Origin: Candidatus Poribacteria bacterium
Lineage (GTDB): Bacteria > Poribacteria > WGA-4E > WGA-3G
Assembly: GCA_965198235.1 (NCBI GenBank)
Contig: OZ240248.1
Span: forward strand, 2,560,001-2,624,000
Length of the DNA stretch: 64,000 bases
Reading direction: 5' to 3'
Positions 57,089 to 64,000 of the stretch are shown here, piece after piece. Numbering within the stretch: position 1 is the first letter of the stretch; each line of letters opens with the position of its first letter. Position numbers and translations under genes: made by a program. The notes beneath the pieces are model-generated. The model searched no databases and had not been told where the DNA came from. It saw nothing but the letters and a program-made list of their open reading frames with translations.

Positions 57089-57349
57089 GCTCCGTAGGAG
57101 CAGTATGTCTATAGCATTGATATTTCCGCTCCAGAGAAGCGGTATGTTATTTCTTACGCAGTTTACCCGTTTTCGTACAGTCTTTGGTTTGTAGTTGCGC
57201 AATTCATTGCGCTTTCTTGGGTAATATCCTCCCAGTGTGGGCACGGACTCCAAATTTGCGTAAGTCCTGTTCATCTTACATAGCACTCCTCTGGAGTGCG
57301 AGCGCATGAACATCCGGTTTTCTATAGACATAACACTCCTCTGGAGTGC
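57089..57349. repeat. Nested repeats: REPIN-like doublets enclosing a MITE that encloses a REP
   Basis: GCTCC..AG.AGC.GTATGT x2 (57089, 57128) inverted to ACATA.CACTCCTCTGGAGTGC x2 (57278, 57328). Inner CTTACGCA (57153)...TGCGTAAG (57257). Central GTAGTTGCGCAATTCATTGCGC. Confidence 0.7.
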
Positions 57350-57514
57350 CGAAACGCAACTGTAAGCAAACCTACGATAGACGTGATATATCGTGTTAGA
57401 TTTCTTTAAATCCTTAAGTCGAACTCACATTTTTAGTTTCTGTGTTGTTGAAATGCATCGAAAACCCGATTTTGACATCGGAAAAATCGGCGCGAAAACT
57501 CAATAATTAAAAAG

Positions 57515-57973
57515 ATGTTGCTGAAATCGTTGATGCAGTGGATACATGTCGGATCCGTCGTTCTGATGATAGGAGGATTCTTTTTTTTTCGTGTTGTTTT
57601 TCTCCCGATTGCCAACCGGCACTCTGAGTCGGAATCTTTGGTTTCATCCGCCCTGCGACGTTTCGGTGGTGTTGTCTGGACAGCATTGTTAACCGTCCTC
57701 ATATCGGGATTGTATAATTTTATCACTTTTTTTCGCACTGCACGTTCCGTTGCCGCTACTGGAACGTTTATATCAGATTACTCACTCTACATCCTCGTCT
57801 TGGGTGTCAAACTTTTTATCGTCTTTTTAATATTTACATTAGCAATTATTCTGACGTTCCCATATCCCGTCTTTGATGTATTTCAGAAGAAACCAGCACC
57901 GTGGCTCAATCTCACTGTAATTTTAGGATTGATAGTTATTTTTCTCTCTGCTTTTTTACGTCGGTTGGGGTAG
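57515..57973 (+). CDS. Four-TM membrane protein (CopD/DUF4149-like)
   Basis: WIHVGSVVLMIGG, ISGLYN, LGVKL. Confidence 0.75.
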   Translation: MLLKSLMQWIHVGSVVLMIGGFFFFRVVFLPIANRHSESESLVSSALRRFGGVVWTALLTVLISGLYNFITFFRTARSVAATGTFISDYSLYILVLGVKLFIVFLIFTLAIILTFPYPVFDVFQKKPAPWLNLTVILGLIVIFLSAFLRRLG

Positions 57974-58035
57974 ACCCGCTGGAATTCTGATTCCCCGACT
58001 GAGTCCTTTCCGTACAATACAATTGGAGGAAAAAA

Positions 58036-58854
58036 ATGGCTGTTTTGAGTTCTGAAGATCGCGCTTTCTGGGAGGAAAACGGTTATGTCGTTATACACGA
58101 TGCAGCACCCCCAGAATTAATACAGAATACGGCACAAGCTGTCTGGAATTTCCTTGATATGGATGTCGACGATCCAGACACTTGGTATCCCGACCCCCCT
58201 CGTAAAAGCATCATGGTAGAGATCTATCAGCACCCGGATCTGTGGGCAACTCGCCAATACCCGCGTGTCCATCAAGCGTTCTCAGAGATTTGGGGGACTG
58301 AGAAGTTATGGGTAAGTTTTGACCGTGCGAGCATGAGTCCACCCAATCTTCCCGGGAAATTTGAACGGACAAACTTAGGACTCCACTGGGATGCATCTGT
58401 GGACATCCCTTTCCGGTTCCACGTCCAAGGTGTGCTTTATCTTACCGATACCGCTGCCGATCAAGGGGCGTTTACTTGTGTTCCTGGGTTCCACAATAAG
58501 ATTGACGGGTGGATAGAGAGTCTTCCATCGGATGCCGATCCGAGGCAACAGGATTTAGTGGCACTCGGCGCAGTTTCAGTCCCAGGCAAAGCCGGAGATC
58601 TCGTCATTTGGCACAGTGCGTTACCTCATAGTGCGGGTATCAATACTGCCGATGCACCACGCGTCGCCCAATACATTACTATGTCCCCGACAGGAGAAGC
58701 GAATCCGGAGGCACGCGAACGCCGCATCAACGCATGGGAAGAACGTATGGCGGGTTTTAGTGGCGAACGCCCAGAAAAGGAGCATAAATTAGGCGAGACC
58801 GCATATCTGACTGAGCTCGGCAAAAAACTACTCGGGCTTGAGACGTGGGGATGA
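58036..58854 (+). CDS. Phytanoyl-CoA dioxygenase family protein (canonical HxD..H)
   Basis: WEENGYVVI, LHWD, VPGFH, LPHS, distal Arg. Confidence 0.92.
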   Translation: MAVLSSEDRAFWEENGYVVIHDAAPPELIQNTAQAVWNFLDMDVDDPDTWYPDPPRKSIMVEIYQHPDLWATRQYPRVHQAFSEIWGTEKLWVSFDRASMSPPNLPGKFERTNLGLHWDASVDIPFRFHVQGVLYLTDTAADQGAFTCVPGFHNKIDGWIESLPSDADPRQQDLVALGAVSVPGKAGDLVIWHSALPHSAGINTADAPRVAQYITMSPTGEANPEARERRINAWEERMAGFSGERPEKEHKLGETAYLTELGKKLLGLETWG

Positions 58855-59726
58855 ACCCGCAACTCAACTATCTTGTCCGCAGCTACCTCCGGTGGTGTCC
58901 AATCACTGATGGGAAACGTTTGCTCTTGAACCTAACGAGGGATTGGATTACACCTGAGGACCCAGTTGCTATTTTTGATAGCAAGTACCAGTTCCAATTG
59001 AAAGCCAACTTAGCGAATCCTGAGCACCAGTACCTCTATTTTTACGGCACGCATGATGAGAGGCAGGTCGTTACCAAACTCCTGAAGATTATTCAGCCGG
59101 GAGATATCTGTTGGGACATCGGGGCGAACATCGGATTTTATACGTGCTTCCTCGCCTCACGGGTTGAAGATGCTGGTGCCGTCGTCGCGTTTGAACCTGC
59201 CTTACGCACTTGTGGCTATCTTCGTGAGAATGTCTCTCTGAATCAATTCGCGAATGTTACTGTTGTCAATAAGGGACTCAGCGACAGGGTAGAACAACGG
59301 TATCTCTATTACTCCGAGGCAGGACTTGCGGAAGGCACAGCTTCCTTAAAGTATGCCAACGGGCGAGCGGCATCGGAACGCGTAACGCTTGACACGATTG
59401 ACAATCTCATCCGTGAACTCCCGGTTCCAGATTTCATCAAGATTGATGTGGAAGGGTATCAATTAGAGGTGTTACGCGGCGGTGAGCACTGCTTAAAAAC
59501 GCACGCTCCTCTCTTAATGGCGGAGTTAAAAGATGTTGGTGAAACTAATCGTGCCTTGTTCGGAGAAATAGAGAATTACGTTTCAGATTTAGGGTATCAA
59601 CTTTATGAGATCAAGAAATATTCTATCCGGCGATGTAAGAAACTTTCTGACTCACCGAAAAGAAATTTCTTCCTCGTCAAAGAGCATTCCCGTGCCTTTT
59701 CCAGAATCTTACCGTGGCTCAGGTAA
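58851..59726 (+). CDS. FkbM family methyltransferase
   Basis: WDIGANIGFY, AFEP, FIKIDVEGY. Confidence 0.93.
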   Translation: MNPQLNYLVRSYLRWCPITDGKRLLLNLTRDWITPEDPVAIFDSKYQFQLKANLANPEHQYLYFYGTHDERQVVTKLLKIIQPGDICWDIGANIGFYTCFLASRVEDAGAVVAFEPALRTCGYLRENVSLNQFANVTVVNKGLSDRVEQRYLYYSEAGLAEGTASLKYANGRAASERVTLDTIDNLIRELPVPDFIKIDVEGYQLEVLRGGEHCLKTHAPLLMAELKDVGETNRALFGEIENYVSDLGYQLYEIKKYSIRRCKKLSDSPKRNFFLVKEHSRAFSRILPWLR

Positions 59727-59784
59727 GCAAAGCCTTTTGTGTGTGCCACGATGACATTTTGGAAATGATACACGCCTGCGCGCC

Positions 59785-60792
59785 CTAACCTTGTGTGAAC
59801 CGTCCCAGCACTGGGTACGCCGGATCGTTATACCCTTTGCCGGTGTGTTCTCCGGGTGGAACCAATTCGTTAATAGTTGCCTCGTCGGCTTCCGTTAGCG
59901 TGCAGTCTAAGCATCCCAAGTTATCCTCTAATTGTTTCATTGTGCGCGGTCCGATGATAACAGAGGTAATTGTCGGATTTGCCAGTACCCACGCCAATGA
60001 AAATTGCGTCAGCGTTTTACCGTGCGCATCTGCCAGAGGCTTCAGTTCTTGCGCGACTTCATAGCTTTCCTCGCGGAGTTCCGTCTGCAAAATTCGCCTA
60101 TCCTTACGTGCTGCCCTTGAGCCCGCGGGGGGTTTTTTGCCGGTCAAATACTTCCCAGACAGCACACCTCGCGCCAATGGGCTATACGGCACAACGCCGA
60201 CACCGTATTTCTCACAGAACGGCAATAACTCTACCTCGGGATCTCGGTTAACAATGTTATAGAGAGGTTGGACGCATACAAATTCCTCCAGTCCTTGTTT
60301 TTCGCTTGTCCAGAGTGCTTCGCAAATACGCCACGCCTGAAAGTTAGAACACGCAATGTAGCGCACCTTTCCCTGTCGCACGCAATCGTCCAGAGCCCGT
60401 AACGATTCCGCAATTCGCGTGGAGGCATCCCAACGGTGCAAGTAATAGACATCGATGTGATCTGTGTCAAGACGTTTCAGGCTCGCTTCAACTGCCGACA
60501 TGATATGGAATCGGTGTGAACCTGCTGCATTCACATCTTCTCCCATCCCACCGTGTACCTTTGTAGCAATAACCCAGTTCTCTCGGTTTTCGCGAACAGC
60601 TTTCCCAATTATTCGTTCTGATTCACCGTCGTTGTAGACATTCGCGGTGTCCATAAAATTAATGCCAGCGTCTAATGCTTTGTGGATAATCCGAATTGAA
60701 TCCTTTTCGTTCGTCGGTCCACCGAACATCATTGTACCGAGACAGAGCGGTGAGACTTTTACGCCTGCTCGCCCAAGTGCTTTATAGTCCAT
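59785..60792 (-). CDS. Aldo/keto reductase
   Basis: LCLGTMMFG, DTANVY, IATK, YSPLARGVL. Confidence 0.95.
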   Translation of the reverse strand: MDYKALGRAGVKVSPLCLGTMMFGGPTNEKDSIRIIHKALDAGINFMDTANVYNDGESERIIGKAVRENRENWVIATKVHGGMGEDVNAAGSHRFHIMSAVEASLKRLDTDHIDVYYLHRWDASTRIAESLRALDDCVRQGKVRYIACSNFQAWRICEALWTSEKQGLEEFVCVQPLYNIVNRDPEVELLPFCEKYGVGVVPYSPLARGVLSGKYLTGKKPPAGSRAARKDRRILQTELREESYEVAQELKPLADAHGKTLTQFSLAWVLANPTITSVIIGPRTMKQLEDNLGCLDCTLTEADEATINELVPPGEHTGKGYNDPAYPVLGRFTQG

Positions 60793-60816
60793 ATGTTTTC
60801 TCCTTCATAGTTATTT

Positions 60817-61548
60817 TTATGCCATCCGTATCCCACCGTTAACATCAAGTGTTGCCCCGGTTACATAGCGTCCCTCTTCCGAGGCGAGAAAGAGGATGGC
60901 ACTCGCGATCTCCGAGGCATCGGCGACGCGCCCTAATGGAATCTGATCTGTCATGTCGGGATGATTCTTTGCCATCTCTGTTGCCGCTACTCCCGGTGCG
61001 ATAGAATTCACCGTAATTCCGTACTCTCCAAGCACACGTGCCAACGATTTCGTCAGACACATGACACCCGCCTTTGAGGCAGAATACGGGGCAGATGCGA
61101 CCAAGCCCCCAACCTGTCCCGCCAACGAACCGAGGTTGATGATCCGTCCGGAGCGTTGTGTTTTCATCGTCTCCATTACCGCTTGTGAGCAGAGGAAGGG
61201 ACCCTTGAGGTTCACAGCCATCATCCGATCCCATTCTGCTTCTGTGCACGCATCAATGCGCGTATAACTAAAAATACCAGCATTGTTGACTAAAATATCG
61301 ATCCGTCCGAACGTGTCGAGTGTTTCCTGAACCATCTTACGCACGGAGTCGCCATCCGCTACATCCGTTTCAATCACTCGACACTGCCTACCGAGCGCAG
61401 TTATTTCTGCTGAAGCCGCTTCCGCATTCGCTAAATTCACTTCTGGGATTACAATATCCGCACCTTCTTTGGCGAACGCGAGACACGTTGCTTTCCCAAT
61501 ACCTCCGCCACCACCTGTAACAATCGCAACCTGTCCTTCTAAACGCAT
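60817..61548 (-). CDS. Short-chain dehydrogenase/reductase (FabG-like)
   Basis: TGGGGGIG, NNAG, YSASK. Confidence 0.95.
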   Translation of the reverse strand: MRLEGQVAIVTGGGGGIGKATCLAFAKEGADIVIPEVNLANAEAASAEITALGRQCRVIETDVADGDSVRKMVQETLDTFGRIDILVNNAGIFSYTRIDACTEAEWDRMMAVNLKGPFLCSQAVMETMKTQRSGRIINLGSLAGQVGGLVASAPYSASKAGVMCLTKSLARVLGEYGITVNSIAPGVAATEMAKNHPDMTDQIPLGRVADASEIASAILFLASEEGRYVTGATLDVNGGIRMA

Positions 61549-61885
61549 CTATGTTCTCCTTTTACTATTTTAGTGGCACGCAGTCAAGTCAGTCCTGCGC
61601 TCTTTTCTTTACTTGCAAAATTGTAATAGATATAGTAATATACTTCTATTATCACACGAAGCTTGGAAAAAGTCAACAGGATAGGTTGCGTTGAAATTGG
61701 CATTTATTGTAATTATTATACCTATATTTTGGGAACGAGCGGTCTGTCTACCTTTGAATTGTAGGTGGATTCGTTTGTAGTAGTGCGATTCATCGCACGT
61801 CGTCATATCAAATGAATTGATCAACTCCAAACAAACCCCAATTTTAGACTGGACAGACTACGAGTGGCATAAGGAGGATTAAAGT

Positions 61886-62860
61886 ATGAAAGAAACTATA
61901 TTTTTACGTTTGCTCAAGCCAGTTCTGGTCATCAGTTTCGCTTGTTCGTTTGTATTTACAGCGGTGGGACAGAATTATTATCCGGCAGACGTTGGGAATA
62001 CGTGGGTTTTAGAGAGCATTGATGGCGAAGAACGAAGCACCTATACCCTTGAGACATCCGAAACTGCTGACGGTGAAGAGCGTATCCTATTGAAAATTAG
62101 GACTGAGGAGCTCAGCACGGGTGAAGCTGAAACAGATCACTATTTTTTGACTGTTGATAGTGAAGCCATTAAACTTCATAGAATCATCTTGGAAGACGCT
62201 GTTGCTACCTTGCATGCTGATTTTCAAACACCTGTTACTTTTTTCCCTTTACACTTGGAACTGGGTGATAAATGGCAGATAGCGGCGGACGCAGAGGCGA
62301 AATTAGTAGGCGGAATCACAATACCTGGGAAAAGCGTCACAGATTTGGAGGTCGTTGGGTTTGAGGACGTGGACACACCCGCAGGAACGTTCCAGAACTG
62401 CGCGAAGGTCCAGTTAGACTTGCGTCTCACTGCCAGGGGTGGATTCCTAAATCTTGATATTGATTCAACTACCTACCAATGGCTCGCTCCAGATGTAGGT
62501 CCCGTCCAGTACGAAAATAGTGATCGCTTGATTTTTGGCTTGGTAAGTTCCAACCTGCTAACCGTGCCTGAGGAACCTGAAACTACAGAGGAAAACGTTA
62601 TGCCCGAAACGTCTCCGGAGGAAGATGTTACACCCGAAACACTTCCTGAGGAGGACACTGTGCCTGAACAGCCTTCTAAGGAGGACACGATGCCTGAACC
62701 ATCGCCTTACGATGTGACAGGGGATGGTGTTGTGAATATCTTAGACCTCACTTTTGTGGCTTCTCGCTTCGGAGAATCCGATTCCGACGCAGATGTCACA
62801 GGCGATGGCACTGTTAACATTTTGGATTTGGTCCTTATCGCACAAAATTTTGGGAACTGA
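61886..62860 (+). CDS. Secreted protein: DUF3108/TapB-like beta domain, acidic Pro/Glu linker, dockerin-like tail
   Basis: Signal peptide, YYPADVGNTW, TPAGTFQNC..WLAPDVG, EE(D/N)..PE repeats, DVTGDG.VNILDL x2. Confidence 0.85.
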   Translation: MKETIFLRLLKPVLVISFACSFVFTAVGQNYYPADVGNTWVLESIDGEERSTYTLETSETADGEERILLKIRTEELSTGEAETDHYFLTVDSEAIKLHRIILEDAVATLHADFQTPVTFFPLHLELGDKWQIAADAEAKLVGGITIPGKSVTDLEVVGFEDVDTPAGTFQNCAKVQLDLRLTARGGFLNLDIDSTTYQWLAPDVGPVQYENSDRLIFGLVSSNLLTVPEEPETTEENVMPETSPEEDVTPETLPEEDTVPEQPSKEDTMPEPSPYDVTGDGVVNILDLTFVASRFGESDSDADVTGDGTVNILDLVLIAQNFGN

Positions 62861-62968
62861 CCTTAAAAATCCTGTAATGAGTGTCCTAATCCGATATTTT
62901 TTCTTGAAAACCTTTGATGAATGTGATAATCTTTGTGTGTTGTTGCATGGAGCTTGGAAAAGATCAGT

Positions 62969-63172
62969 ATGGTAAGTTGGAAAATAGCATTAGTTGTTGT
63001 TATCATTGTCGCTCTGGTGATGGCGATCGGAATGTGGTTTGGGTATCGATGCGTCTCAGAACAGGATGACATCTCGCCAGAGGGATGGCGTGAGCGCTCT
63101 AACACGACTGACTTGCATCTTGATAAATTATTTGTGCTTGCACCCGCCCTCGCGAGCGTTTCACAGGAATGA
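62969..63172 (+). CDS. Small single-TM hypothetical protein
   Basis: MVSWKIALVVVIIVALVMAIGMWFG; weak support. Confidence 0.4.
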   Translation: MVSWKIALVVVIIVALVMAIGMWFGYRCVSEQDDISPEGWRERSNTTDLHLDKLFVLAPALASVSQE

Positions 63173-63232
63173 TTTAACTTTTTGTGAACATTACTTAAGT
63201 TTATATCTTTTTGAAAAAAGGAGATATGGGTT

Positions 63233-64000
63233 ATGAAAACTCCCAAATTTGTGTCTTGGCTGACACTGGTCTTGGTGTTAAGCCTTGTTTGTAGTTTTGC
63301 ACTCACAGCGGTGGCACAAAATTATTACCCGTCGGAGGTCGGCAATACGTGGGTTTTCTTGAGTGCTGACGGTGCAGAGCAACGCACCTATTCGCTTGAA
63401 AAACCTGAGGACGTTGATAGTGAGGAACTTATCGTCCTGAAGATTACCACTGAGGCACTCGGGACAGACGTAGTTATTGTTGACAAGTACTTTATAACTG
63501 TTGATAGTGATGGAGGGCTTTTCCTACATCAAAGTGCCGTGGACCAAGGCGCGTTCGGCATCGCAGAATCGACGCTTGACCCGCCGGCCACTTTCTTTCC
63601 AGCCGTACTGCCATTAGGGCATACGTGGGAGATTGTGACGCAAGCGGAGCTGAAACTGGTGGGGACCGCGGACACTACCAGTACTATAACAGTTGTTGCA
63701 ATTGAGGATGTCGAAACCGCGATCGGAACGTTTGAGAACTGCGTCAAGCTCGAAATTAATCGGAGAAGCGTCACGGCACTTGCAGTTGTCCGTTCGACCT
63801 ATTACCAATGGTTGGCACCTGGTGTCGGTCCCGTCAAATATCAGAACGATCAAGAGGTTCTGTTTGAATTGCAGAGTTACAATCTTGTTGAGCCATCATC
63901 TGCTGAGGAAGCACCCTCTGTTGAGGAGACCCCAGCCGCTGAAGAAGCACCCGCTGCAGAGGAGACACCACCTGCTGAAGAAGTGGCTCCCGTTGAAGAT
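63233..64000 (+). CDS. Secreted paralogue of 61886-62860, runs off the window
   Basis: Not in the ORF track. Manual translation: MKTPKFVSWL...AQNYYPSEVGNTW...GTFENC...YQWLAPGVGPVKY...EEAP/EETP repeats. Confidence 0.85.
   Translation, partial: MKTPKFVSWLTLVLVLSLVCSFALTAVAQNYYPSEVGNTWVFLSADGAEQRTYSLEKPEDVDSEELIVLKITTEALGTDVVIVDKYFITVDSDGGLFLHQSAVDQGAFGIAESTLDPPATFFPAVLPLGHTWEIVTQAELKLVGTADTTSTITVVAIEDVETAIGTFENCVKLEINRRSVTALAVVRSTYYQWLAPGVGPVKYQNDQEVLFELQSYNLVEPSSAEEAPSVEETPAAEEAPAAEETPPAEEVAPVED

Noticed and set aside
62863-63853. Minus-strand ORFs 62863-63306, 63529-63774 and 63614-63853
   Set aside because: Antisense shadows of the plus-strand genes at 62969 and 63233.
1-64000. CRISPR array, tRNA or rRNA genes
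   Set aside because: No regularly spaced direct repeats with unique spacers, and no cloverleaf or rRNA signatures were recognised by eye.

Overview
A 64-kb bacterial chromosome segment, most likely from a Candidatus Poribacteria-like organism. That assignment is an inference from the gene repertoire (PhyH dioxygenases, sulfatase, Uma2 nuclease, PD40 protein with a C-terminal ..LLTTTW..K motif, dockerin-tailed secreted proteins, DUF6785-like membrane protein). The left 5 kb is a scrambled IS3/IS701 zone. It is followed by catabolic genes, a frameshifted tnpB-only IS200/IS605 element and a long housekeeping run (tatAC, pgeF, yggS, proC, yggT, ileS-like, lspA, fmt, PASTA protein, rpe, rsmE, moaDE, folB). 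Next come a defence island (Rpn-family nuclease plus a four-gene type I Zorya system), waaA, trxA, a Tat-exported PaoABC-like molybdo-oxidoreductase and two secreted paralogues. Best leads: (1) an intact 911-aa IleRS homologue at the ancestral ileS-lspA locus that has lost HIGH, KMSKS and editing motifs; (2) a ~90-110 bp element found five times, always immediately 5' of a start codon; (3) a ~21-nt module inserted into three unrelated hosts, including the tnpB frameshift; (4) a PhyH tandem pair with a halogenase-like HxG member and a His-less partner; (5) an internal RBS/ATG in the Rpn gene; (6) an apparent ATT start for rpe. No rRNA, tRNA or CRISPR array was recognised. All calls come from reading the sequence, without database searches.
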